Origin: Eledone cirrhosa
Taxonomy: Eukaryota
DNA length: 64,000 nucleotides
Direction of reading: 5' to 3'
NCBI GenBank assembly: GCA_964016885.1
Contig: OZ024741.1
Location: 278,628,001-278,692,000 of the forward strand
Translations under genes and position numbers: made by a program
The notes under the pieces: generated by a model
What the model saw: only the letters and a program-made list of their open reading frames with translations
What the model was told of the DNA's origin: nothing
The model's database searches: none
Part shown: one piece after another, positions 25,958 to 37,244 of the stretch
Position numbering within the stretch: the first letter of the stretch is position 1
Layout: each line of letters opens with the position of its first letter

Positions 25958-27888
25958 CTAAGAGAGAGAGAGGGAAGGTTTACTTACCTCCCGGGTCTTG
26001 TGAAGGTCGGGTGGTTCGACCTCCATGGTTGGTGGGGTTTCATTTGGGAACCCCTTTAAAAGTCTTGATGTGGGTTTCACATTCGGGGTTCCCACGTCTT
26101 GAGGAAAGCTCTCTCGAATTTCTTTGAAGGAATTGAGTGACATTCGGACCAGAAGCAAATCTTCTGGCACGCAAAATGTGCTCATTTCAAAGATCTCCCC
26201 CTCTGTTTGAATGTCCTCGCTTCGCGCTAAGAGGGCCATCAGTTTATCGTTGGCCCTTCTGACAAGCACAAAGTTTTTAACATTTTGTTGGTGTGGTTTT
26301 ATTTGTTTTCGTTTTGGTGAAGGTGGTGGTGATGGTTTTGGTGGTGTTGTTTCGGGTATGTCTATGTTTGTTGTAGGTGTGGTGTCTGCAATTTCAGGTA
26401 TTTGTGTGTTTATTTGTACTTGTGTTTGTTTAGGTTGTTTGCGTTTCGGGGATTGTGGAGGTGGTGTCGATGTTGCTGTTGGTGATGATGTTATTGGGGA
26501 AGTGTTTGTGTTAGTGGTGTCTGTATTTTTTGTTGTGTGTGTTTTTGTGTTTTGTTGGGGCTTTTTTTTTTGTGAGTTTTCTCTGTTTTTTTGCACTTTT
26601 GGGTTTTCCTTCATCTTCGCTGCTGGAAGACAAAGGGTCTGTGTCTGTGAGTGTCTCTGTGTCTGTGTGTGCGTTTATTGTTTTATCTATGTGTATAATG
26701 GGGGGGGGGGGAGAGCTTTCCTCGTTTTCTCCTTGGATTGGTTTTGGTGTTGGTGGTGATCCGGCTGCTTTTGATGTTGGTGTCCGTGTTTTTGTTGATG
26801 TTGTTTTTGGTGGTGGTGCAGCTTTCCGTGCTGACACTGGCGTTGGCAACAAAGGAGGTTTGCGACCCCCTGTATTTTTGCGTTGAGGGCAGAAGGCTTG
26901 AAGATGCGTTGCTTCCCCGCAGACGAAGCAGCGTGGCCTTCTTCCGTCAATCATTAGTTGGATTGTTGTCCCGTCCTGCAGGCGGGCAAGATCCGGGATG
27001 TTATTCATATCCTCCGGTTTCATTTGGAGAAGAATCTCCAAATCCATTCCGGACCAATCCTCTCTCTCTGTCCTTTTGATGTGTAGGAGGGTAGTGTCTG
27101 TCCCCTCCTCGATTATGCATCCCAGCAGCCACCTTATGTTCATTCCTGGTGGGATGCTGGGAATGCATACCTTCACTGTCCTTTTACCCATATAGGACGG
27201 ATGCATGATAATGAGTTCCGTTCTGCAGGGGGTCACCGAGTGCTTAATAGCGAGGGCCTCGGTTTTGAACAGTACCGAGATGGTACCGAACTGTTTGCCT
27301 CTTGCTTTGTACTCTATGTTACTTCCGATGTACTCCAAAGCAGCCTCTACCTCTGCTTGGCTCGCAAGTTCCACATTTCGTGTCTGCACCGAAATACATC
27401 GAAAGAGCACTGTCCTCCTTTGCATGGCTGCTATTGCCTCGTCCGGGATGGTCAGGTTTGCCCAGGACTTCTCCCGTTTAATTAGCCTCCACGCCAACTG
27501 TTCGTCTTTATCGCTAATATCAATATCAATATTCAATAAGCGCTTTGTTTTTGTTGCTGCTGCCGCAAATGTGGTGTTTCTGATGCTCTTATTGTTGTTG
27601 TTGTCATTCTTGCTGTTGTCACCGCCATCCTTGTTTACATTGAAGCTGTCGGTGTTATTGTCGTTATTGCTCTGAGTTGTTGTTGTGGTGGTGGTGGTGA
27701 TGTCGTTTTCAGATGATACTGCTGCTATGGCAGAAGGTTGTGATGGTAGCTTTTGAGTGTTGCCTTCACATTCAGTAGTGGATGACAGGCATGACTGTAG
27801 CCGTCGTAGTCGTGGTGAAATCTACAGTGGCTGCCTTTAAACTTTTGACCTGAACGTTGTTTACCGTTTCAAGGTCGAAAATTTCCAT
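25958..27888 (-). pseudogene. Tx1/L1 ORF1 (gag-like, zinc knuckle), frameshifted
   Basis: CFVCGEATHLQAFC knuckle and Pro/Thr/Lys-rich tail. ATG at 27888, frame breaks near 27800 and at the A10 run 26562-26571; stop lies ~10 nt before the ORF2 ATG. Confidence 0.8.
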
Positions 27889-28285
27889 AATTTTCTTTTG
27901 GTGGGGAAGCGATTTTTTTCGAAGTTTTTAAAAATAAATCTGAATATTCGGGCTTAAAGCCCGAATATTGAGAGGTATCCCTCTCTTTAAATCAAGATGT
28001 GTACCTTAAGTTTCGTTAATGACAAGAAAATACAAAAAAAAGACACTTTAAAACAGCTTAAAGTTACGAACCTTTTCCCCTGCAGATTTGTACTGTCTTC
28101 ACACATGTGCGGCCATAGTGCGAGCAGAACATTTGCAATTGGGAAAGAGAGATACCTGGAAGATATATGGATGGCTGGAATATGGTTTAGCAGTTTGTTC
28201 TAGTAATTCATTTTAACCTTTCAGAATCAAGTGTGTCTGTTCTCGTGAAAAACCTCGAGATGAATGTATATACATATACACACAA

Positions 28286-28301
<16 letters not shown>

Positions 28302-28345
<44 letters not shown>

Positions 28346-29005
28346 TTGTGTGTATATGTATGTAGATATGTATATATATATATATATATATGTATATATA
28401 ACTATAGGTGTATGTAGATACATATATGTGTAGACCTGTGGTATGAGTTAAGAATCATGAAAATATATATATTCTGTAAATATATAGAGGGATATGTACA
28501 TATATATATATATATAAAGGAACGATCGACTTTCATCAAATTGGACCGAGGAAACAATGTTTCCATTGATTTTTCCAATTGCTAATACTAACTATTGGTC
28601 GCAACTCCAGGTAGAAGGAACAAAGTAAAATAAAGTGTCTTGCTCAAGGACATAACGCACCACCCGGTCCAGGAATCAAACTCACAACCTCACGAGAATT
28701 GGATTCGCAATCGTGAGGTTGTGAGTTTGATTCCTGGACCGGGTGGTGCGTTATGTCCTTGAGCAAGAGACTTTATTTTACTTTGTTCCTTCTACCTGGA
28801 GTTGCGACCAATAGTTAGTATTAGCAATTGGAAAAATCAATGGAAACATTGTTTCCTCGGTCCAATTTGACGAAAGTCGATCGTTCCTTTATATACATAT
28901 ATATATGTATATATCCCTCTATATATTTACAGAATATATATATTTTCATGATTCTTAACTCATACCACAGGTCTACACATATATGTATCTACATACACCT
29001 ATAGT

Positions 29006-29090
<85 letters not shown>

Positions 29091-29118
29091 CTACACATAC
29101 ATATACACACAAACACAA

Positions 29119-29159
<41 letters not shown>
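28302..29159. repeat. Near-perfect long inverted repeat (fold-back): arms ~28302-28695 and 28711-29159, 15-bp spacer
   Basis: ...ctcacaacctcacga|gaattggattcgcaa|tcgtgaggttgtgag...; the arms are reverse complements apart from a few substitutions and microsatellite length. Each arm contains a family B SINE body. Confidence 0.95.
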
Positions 29160-31627
29160 CAGTTCCTCAGTGAAATAACAACCCAACCAGGAACTGAGTA
29201 TATCAGAGTATTGACAAAGTTATACACCTCAACAACATGTGTACTCGTCTCTACCACACTAATTCGGACTGCCTGAAGAGGTCACAGCCAAATAGGGCTG
29301 TCACCAAAATATATATAGCAGTAATAAATGAAGCCAAATTTTAAACATTTGACTTATTTATTTTATTTTATTTTATTTTGCATTACTGCGCACTTCGTCG
29401 AGTGCTCCAATCTGCATACTGAGGTGTTGGTATACAACCAACATATACTCAAAATTTATATATATATGTATGTATATGTGTGCATATATGTATGTATATG
29501 TGTGTTTGTATGTGCATTTAAATAGGAGTGTACATATTTATATGTGTATATGTATGTAGTTGAATGTGTGTATATATATATATATATGTGGGTGTCATCA
29601 TCATCATCATCATCGTTTAACGTCCACACTAAATATGGCTGTCTGTGATTTTGGACTCAATATCTTCCATTATAACCCTGGGTTGATGGTTTTATCTCTA
29701 CTTTTCTGTGTGAGCATGTGTTAGATGGGACTTTTTTAGGCTGAGCTTTACATTAGATGTCCTTTTTAAACATGTATTGACATTGTGTACATATTTTTTA
29801 ATTGAGAATACTCATAGTTTTATGTTATTACTATAAAAATGGTTGAAAAACATTGGAATAATATTGGATCTCTCTGAATTGAAATATAAGTTTTAAACAA
29901 AGAATCAATCCTATTGGAGAAGCATTGAGCAAATTTTGATGTAAGCTGCTTCAATGTATGTTTGTTTTTTACTATGAAAAATATGTGACACTTTCTCTCT
30001 CCAGGGAGCTTATATGACTAATTTGTTCAATATAGCTTTGTATTTTACTATGAAACATAAGTGACTCTTTTTCTATCTCTAAGGACTTATATTCCCAACT
30101 TGTGTAACTAATTTTATATTGAAAAAAAACCCCCAAAAACAACATATGTTGAAGCAACTTACTTTAAGCTAACCTAGTTTCAAAAGTTTGAAAGTTGTAT
30201 TGAAAGTAAAAGGATGGTTAAGGCTTTATTTAACTTCTCTAATTTTGATTGAGGGGCGCAATCAAACAACAAGGCAGGCCACATACTAAAGTATAAATGT
30301 GGACAAACCACATGCTAAAGTGGAACCAAATATTATATATGCTGTAGGTTTGTCTAAAGTTAGCCCCCGTGTAAAGGTCATCTAAAATACCCTAGAGCCT
30401 TATAAGTGAAATTCACAAAAACTGAAATTCATTTCAACCTTTATGAATTGTCATCCTAACAAGCTGGTCTTATTAATGAGTACAAGAATATCTTCACCAA
30501 CCAGATGCTTCAATAATAGGCAAGCATTAATATCTTGACAAAAGCACCAGTTATTTGAACATTTCATTTGTATGTTTCTTTTCCTGATTTGTACTACAGG
30601 CATTATGTATTTTTAAAGTGCTTTAAATGTATAGAAATAATTATATTTCAAAGAATGAATAGAATGAATAGTTATTGTTTACATTGACACAACCAATCTG
30701 TATGGTGTTCATTTATTTCTTGCCATGATTCCATGATTCCTATGAGGCTGTTTACATTATGTATTATGATTTTCAACTTGCATTTGTCTAGGTCAGTCAA
30801 GTTCCCTAACTTTTTGTCACTTAGATACTTTCCTTTTTCTTTTAAATTGCTTTATAAGTTGTTTTATAAATTGCTTTATAAGTTGTTTTATAAGTTGTTT
30901 TTTTAAATTTATTTAGTACCTCCTTCTTTAACCCTTGAACATTTAAACCAGCCATATCCAACCAGAATTTTCTTACTTTTTTCTGTTTAAACTGCCCATA
31001 ACTGGCTGCTCATACTGATGTTAAGGAATTCTCAAAATAAATTACATCAAAATCTCATAGATTTGATATTATGTGAGATAAAGCCTTTACCACTAAAATA
31101 CAATAGTGTATATAGAGTAATGTAAATGCTAAAGGACTAATTTGGTATCACTAGCCCATACTGCAAATTTTCTATTTTCATCTCTCTTTAGCTATATCAG
31201 AATGTCAGGAATTAGAACAGTTAACTGGGCTATGTGTGCTTACCTGTATGTATATATGTGTGTGTTTGTGTGTGTGTGTGTGTTTGTATGTATGTGTATA
31301 GCAAGTTGGTCGGTATTAATAAAAATAATATTTACTATAGGTGACACCACTTTGAGCATTCTTTGTGTTTACATGAATTAGATATTTAGTGTTAAAAGTG
31401 TTATTTAACACTGACAACTGTTAGCTATTGGCATAATATACTGAGTGTTTATATAGAGAATGAACGATTTCATTTGTAATCAACCATGACATGTGTTTCA
31501 CAAGTAACCAGTTCAGAGACTTAATCAATTATAATCTGCTATAACTTGAAGATCAATTCGCTCTTCAGATGTGAATATGTTTATCTGTGTGTGTGTATGT
31601 ATATATATATATATATATATATATGTC

Positions 31628-32230
31628 ATGTCACCAGTTGGTGCTACTGGTAACATGTATCCCAGTACAACCTGTCCCATGGTCGGGTCATTGGCGACTA
31701 AACTGGCAACCCCACCAAGGTTTCTTGGTGAGGAGGGTGACTTTGGACATCCTGCAGGACTAAAAACAAAACCTGTCAAAGGGCAAAGGAGCTCTTGAGA
31801 GTCAATGGCCATCCAAAGTCACCGGGAGAGATGACCCCTTGGCCTTTGTCAAGGCAGAATTCTAGGAGAAGGAAAACTCTGATATAACACCTGCAACCCT
31901 GATGGTATCCAATGATGTTGACTTGTACTTCTTTTTGGTAAATATCATCTTGGTTAAGAGAGTGGGACTGGCTTTGTGCAGTGCCTTTGCTCACTATAAA
32001 AGCTTCACGGCACAGGCATTGCTGTATATCTGGAGATCTCTCTGCACTTGTCGTCACATGGTACCATGGGCCCAGCACTATGTGTCAATAATTGTCACAA
32101 GTGTAGTGTTTGTACCAGAGTTTTCAAGTCGCTGGCTGGACTATAAAGTCACATTCGTTCAGCGCATCGGTAGGGGTTCTCCTACATGGATATAAAGTAG
32201 TGGCTGTACTCGAAAACGAGTTGGCAGCCA

Positions 32231-32232
<2 letters not shown>
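31628..32232 (+). mobile_element. ~600-bp non-autonomous retroelement-like insertion in a (TA)n tract
   Basis: Higher-GC block bounded by (TA)n on both sides. The 5' part matches the repeats at 4130 and 7100; it ends in a stem-loop at 32200-32231. Confidence 0.5.
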
Positions 32233-32258
<26 letters not shown>

Positions 32259-32263
<5 letters not shown>

Positions 32264-32470
32264 CAAGGTTTAGCAAATAAGAAAAAATTTCAAAATAAAT
32301 TTAAAAAAATTAACTTTACTCACTATGGTTACCTTTACCGAATCGGTTTCGAGTTTCAAAATTCAAATTACGAACTGGCGTTATTCGAAATTGTTCCCGA
32401 GATGAGTGAGTAAAGTTAATTTTTAAAAATTTATTTTGAAACTTTTTCTTATTTGCTAAACCTTGATTAT
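32259..32470. mobile_element. MITE-like element with ~65-bp terminal inverted repeats, TA-flanked
   Basis: aatcaaggtttagcaaataagaaaaa...taactttactcact (32261-32324) is the reverse complement of agtgagtaaagttaa...tttgctaaaccttgatt (32405-32468); ~80-bp unique core. Confidence 0.75.
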
Positions 32471-32787
32471 ATATGTTCTGGCTCGTTAATTTATTAACCT
32501 GCCATTGAACCACATTGGCATATGGTTGGACAATACATGTGTCCCTGTGCGCTTTGTGTGTGTATGGATATATATATATATATCTATATATATATATCTA
32601 TATATATATATATATATATATTAGTGAAACCACAGCAACAACTACTACTACTACTGCTATAGTTTACTGCAATACAGTGAAAACGATAGATTAATAGAAA
32701 GAAAGAAAGTAGTAAACAATCTACTGAAAAAAGAAAAAAAAGAAACAAAATTGTTTTAATAAAAAAATATTCTACAATAATCTAGTT

Positions 32788-33140
32788 TAGGGTTTCCCAA
32801 CCTGGGTGATATCGCCCCCTGGTTAGTGATTTCAACTATTGGATGGGCGATGAGCAAGAAAACAGAAAATGGTGGGTGATTGGAAATTTTGGTGGACAAT
32901 ATAGGGTTTTGAGTGAAGGTATTTCAACACATATGCTACCCCCCAAAAATGACTCAAAGGTGATATGCAAAGAACCTGTATGAAAAAAAAAAAAGATGGT
33001 GCTAAATGGGAATAAAAAACCCGTAACAAACTTTTACCAAATATTTTTGTATGTTATGCTTTTGAATATTTACTATACAGGTTTTGGAAAATGTTGCATG
33101 TGAAAGTGGACAATGATCCAAAAGAGGTTGGGAACCCCTG
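32788..33140. mobile_element. Non-autonomous hAT (Charlie/Buster-like) MITE
   Basis: 16-bp TIRs TAGGGTTTCCCAACCT and AGGTTGGGAACCCCTG; 8-bp TSD ATCTAGTT (32780-32787) versus ATTTAGTT (33141-33148). Confidence 0.85.
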
Positions 33141-33227
33141 ATTTAGTTGCAACTTTTATTTTGTTTTGATGGCTATTGCTAAGCAGTGTAACATGTTCTT
33201 CTGACACTATAGTACCTTTTATTGCAG

Positions 33228-33474
33228 CCTTCCTTGCAGCAGATGAAAGAGGCTATAAATGGTACTGTGGTGATGAACTTAAAGTTGGAATCAATGTATG
33301 AGTCCTTCATAAATAATCAAGTCCCCCAAAATTGGTCAAGTTGTGGTTACCCATCTTTGAAGTCGTTAGGAAGTTGGGTAATCGATCTTGTGTTGAGATG
33401 TTCATTTATAGACTTCTGGATAAATTTAGGACAACCTATTTCATTCTGGTTACCTGGATTTTTTTTCCCTCAAG
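33228..33474 (+). CDS. DNAH6: DNAH6-like exon (phase 0-1)
   Basis: ttttattgcag acceptor, CAAG|GTTTGT donor. Encodes PSLQQMKEAINGTVVM...NNQVP..W...YPSLKSLGSWVIDL...FWLPGFFFPQ, the conserved dynein C-terminal domain. Confidence 0.93.
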
Positions 33475-33887
33475 GTTTGTTATGTTTTTATTTATTTATT
33501 TATTTATTTATTTCGGCATACACAGATTTGACATAAACATAATTATTAGAAAATTGAATTAGAAGATTTTGCCATAACTTGCCATAAATAAAATAGCCTA
33601 ATAATAATAATGGAGGGTATAATGGATGGACATCTGCACACATGGAGTCGAACAGCACACTTGTCTGGCAAACAAGAAGTTTGGGTTCAACTCCCATGAG
33701 TGCTGAAGCCCATCTTTTTCCGTTCAGTGGGTTTATATTATCCTGTTATTATTATTGGACTATGTTTATCAGGGCAAAGTTACGATGAAGTCTTCTAATA
33801 CAATTTAAAAATTCCACTCACCATTATCTAAATGTACATTCTATGATTATTAATGTTTGGTATCTTGATAATAATAACTATACTTAT

Positions 33888-34223
33888 GGAGGCACATGGC
33901 TTACTGGTTAGAGCATTAGCCTTGCAATCGAAAGGTTGTGAGTTCAATTCTCAGACCGGGTGATGTGTTGTTTCCTTGAGCAAGACATTTTATTTCACAT
34001 TTCTCCAGTTTACTCAGCTGTAGAAATGAGATGATAGGGACTGGGGTCCATATCATTCCACTGCAAAGTGGTCGTGGAGGTGCCACGGCAAAAAAGCACC
34101 CAGCACTCACTGTAAATGAGGTTGGTGTTAGGAAGGAAATCAAGCCAGAATCAGTTTCCGTCCCACCCTTGCAAGCAGGGAAAAGTGGACGTAAAATAAT
34201 GATGATGATGATGATGATGATGA
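33888..34223 (+). mobile_element. Full-length family B tRNA/CORE-like SINE with RTE-type 3' tail
   Basis: A-box (tggcttactggtt), B-box (gagttcaattc), core ccttgagcaagaca, tail matching the RTE 3' UTR at 18545-18710, and (GAT)n end. Confidence 0.85.
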
Positions 34224-35159
34224 TACCATTTTTGGAAGTTTATAATATATTCTGTTTAGATTAGGTACACTGCATCCCTGCATGTTGTAAGAAGTGACTA
34301 AAAGTGTTGGTGTCAGGAAGGGCGTCTGGCTGTAAAACATTGCCTCAAAAAAGTCCCGTTCAACACATGCCAGCATGGAATAGTCAGTGTAAAATTGATG
34401 ATGATGATGATTTCTAAATTCAATTATTGTTGGATTCTGGAAGGCTACTTATTCTCTCCAGTTTGAAAGCCTCTAAGAAACAGTAACTGGACTGCTAACA
34501 AAATGATGATGGTGGTAATCATCTATGCCTTTGATATTGCATTTACTCTCAGGCAAGCCAAATCCAATTTCCATTTAGCTTTACAAGAAGTTGACATTGT
34601 AAATAACATTCAACTGGTAGACACATAGCAATGACATTTCTCAATATCCAAATATTTTTTCAATAACACAACACAGTCAATCCCAAACTGCTCTTCTGTA
34701 TAATATTACCAGCTAAATCATCAAGCACATGATCATTGTTTAACGTGCATATTCTACGTGTACATGGGTTTGATCGGTTGTCATGTTATGAGACAAGTTA
34801 GGTCAGGTAACTGTGTCTTGCTCATATGGATCTGTATTTTGATGCTCTTCCTAGTATCAACCACATTTACAGTGTAGACTGGGTTCTTTTTATATTGGCA
34901 CCAAAATGACCAACTGACAGTGTGGATTGGATGCTTTTTGTTGTGTCACCAGCACATGACCCCCTTAGAGGGTGGAGTGGGTGGTTTTTGTCATGTTACC
35001 AGCATGACTGATGCATTATATATATATATATAAATATCCTAACTAGGAACCAGATAGCATTTTCCACAAGTTTATATCATTTATTAATGTTCTGATTTGA
35101 TTATAAATGTTATTTCATGTAGATAAAAAGAAAAGTAACTTGTGTTTTCTCTACTGTAG

Positions 35160-35323
35160 GATTCTTAACTGGAGTTTTACAGAACTATGCACGGAAATAC
35201 AATTTAGCTATTGATCAACTTAGTTTCAACTTCACTATATTACCACATTATCGCAATCAAACAGATTATATCCATGCTCTCACAATGATAAACTTAGGTG
35301 AAGAATTGGAAATTGATAAGGAC
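35160..35323 (+). CDS. DNAH6: DNAH6-like exon (phase 1-0)
   Basis: ctactgtag acceptor, GAC|GTAAGT donor. Encodes GFLTGVLQNYARKYNLAIDQLSFNFTILPHYRNQTDYIHALTMINLGEELEIDKD, in frame with the previous exon. Confidence 0.93.
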
Positions 35324-35549
35324 GTAAGTTACACATTTTGTCTTAATTTGAAAATAAGTCAATCAAAAACAAATTAAATAGAATATCGATTGTATTTTGT
35401 TTTTATATTTGATTTTGCAATATTTCTGATGTGAAATGTGGAATGGTGTTTGAAACAGATATTGTTATACTTTGAGAGAGTCATATTGCCAATAAAAACA
35501 CACACACCTGTTGTGTTTCACTTTGGTTTTATTGTTAGTAACAAAGAGA

Positions 35550-35770
35550 TGGCGGTGGATTGGCTGCATCAGTAGAACATCAGACAACATGCTTTGCAGC
35601 ATATAGTTACATCCCTTTACGTTCTGTGTTCAAAACTTGCTGAGGCTAGCTTTGCCTTTCATCCTTATGGGGTTTGATAAAATAAAATACCAGTAATGCA
35701 CCAAAGTCGATTTAATCAACTCAAAAAAAAAAAAACTTGTTGGCCTTGAACCTAAATCAAAAACTACTAA
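35550..35770 (+). mobile_element. Family A SINE
   Basis: gttcaaaac..gctgaggctagctttgcctttcatccttatgggg...aaaataccagtaatgcac motif. Confidence 0.7.
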
Positions 35771-35819
35771 TGTACCAATAAATCATTGAACAACTTGTAT
35801 CTCTTTCCTTTTTTTTTAG

Positions 35820-36042
35820 ATCCAGAAAATAGAAGATGGTGTTTTGGTGCATGGACTTTTTATGGATGGATTTTCATGGGATATTGACCGTATGCTACTA
35901 GCTGATTCTTTACCTGGGCAAATGACTGCTTCATTACCAATAATGCACCTGGAGCCCTCAAAAAATGTTCTCATTTTGGAAATGGATTATACCTGCCCAT
36001 TATATAAAACATCCCAACGTGCTGGACAGTTATCCACAACAG
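35820..36042 (+). CDS. DNAH6: DNAH6-like exon (phase 0-1)
   Basis: Polypyrimidine tract plus tag acceptor, ACAG|GTGAAT donor. Encodes IQKIEDGVLVHGLFMDGFSWD...YTCPLYKTSQRAGQLSTT. Confidence 0.93.
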
Positions 36043-37045
36043 GTGAATATTTATTTTTTAAATCTCAATATTCTTACAGTTTATAAGAACATGTAGGAAG
36101 CTTATATACAAAAAATAACTACAATTACAGTCAGTTGATATATAATAGCTTATAAAAATCAGTTACAGACCCTTAGAGATGGAAAAATATTGTCAGTGGT
36201 TGCTACAAAGAATTGAACCCCATATCTCCCAGATACCGACTGAGTGCTCTCACCATCGAGTTAAGAGATCCCTAACAATGTCTTACCATCTAAATTAAGG
36301 ATCTGAATCAAACAGCTTTTGAAAATATGAATAAATGTCATGTGTGAAGCTTAAATTTTGAATGTATGTTAGCTTAGAATTAACTTCTTCAATGCATTAA
36401 TAATAGTTTCTAATTTATGTACAAATCCACCAATTGGTTGTCAAGAGCAAAGTCTATTAAACTGACCCAAATATTGACTGGTACTATATTTTATTGATCT
36501 CAGTATATGAATAGTATTTTATTTTAATGACCTCCAACAAAAACAGGTGTAAATTCCGTTGATGTCTTTAAATTCACTTTTCCGTTTAACGTCAATTTTT
36601 CCACACTTGCACGGATTAAATGGGTTGGCCAGGCCTGGCCATGTGTTTCACCTTGCTCCTGGGTATTTTGCAGCTAGATGCCCTTCCTAACATCAACCAT
36701 GTTTACTGTGTGGAACTGGATGGCTTCGTTATGAGGAGGGACAGGCCAGTTGGTCGCGCCGAACCCATCTCAGAACGGAACCATATTTTTGGAGCCTGAC
36801 CCATCACACAAATAGTTCCTTTATTTTCTTCAGAAGAAGAGATATTAATCTCGAAATACCAGGACATATGAATAAATTAAGTTTAAAAAAAACAACCCCT
36901 GTTTCTTACGACTTAACTATTTTCCATCCAACCCACTTTGTTGTGGCTTTCAAACTTCAAATTCTTTATACCATATACAATGCTTCAAGTAAACTACAAA
37001 TTCCTTCTACATATATATTAAAATGAATGAAATATTTTTCATTAG

Positions 37046-37149
37046 GTCATTCAACCAACTTTGTGTTCTCCGTACAATTGCCTTCAAATCAACCACAGGA
37101 TTACTGGATTGCCAAAGGAGCTGCACTAATGTGCCAACTATCAGATTAA
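37046..37149 (+). CDS. DNAH6: DNAH6-like terminal coding exon
   Basis: ttttcattag acceptor. Encodes [34 protein letters not shown] followed by TAA, the canonical axonemal dynein heavy chain C-terminus. Confidence 0.94.
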
Positions 37150-37238
37150 TTCTTAGCTATAGAAAATTAAAAAAAAAGTTATTTGGATTTTTAAATAAGA
37201 TCCTGATTGATTTACACTTGTTACTTTTTATTTGTTTC

Positions 37239-37244
37239 AATAAA
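37239..37244 (+). promoter_or_regulatory. Candidate polyadenylation signal of the dynein gene
   Basis: AATAAA ~90 bp after the stop codon; assigned from position only. Confidence 0.45.

Larger units (their letters stand above)
22255..28130 (-). mobile_element. Near full-length L1/Tx1-clade LINE
   Basis: ORF1 with CCHC knuckle, ORF2 with APE, RT and C-terminal CxxC..H..C; AATAAA followed by an (ATT)n tail at ~22255-22296; GC-rich relative to flanks; 5' end approximate. Confidence 0.92.

Noticed and set aside
23207-27675. Many plus-strand ORFs of 60-180 aa
   Set aside because: Antisense shadows of the Tx1 ORF1 and ORF2.
28208-29525. ORFs with YIYIYI, HTHTHT or CVCVCV runs (also 7355-8720, 17887, 31142-31812)
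   Set aside because: Translations of microsatellites.
33610-33720. tRNA-like sequence with a B-box (gggttcaactccc); similar relic at ~36200-36270 on the minus strand
   Set aside because: No complete cloverleaf could be built; more likely decayed tRNA-derived SINE heads.
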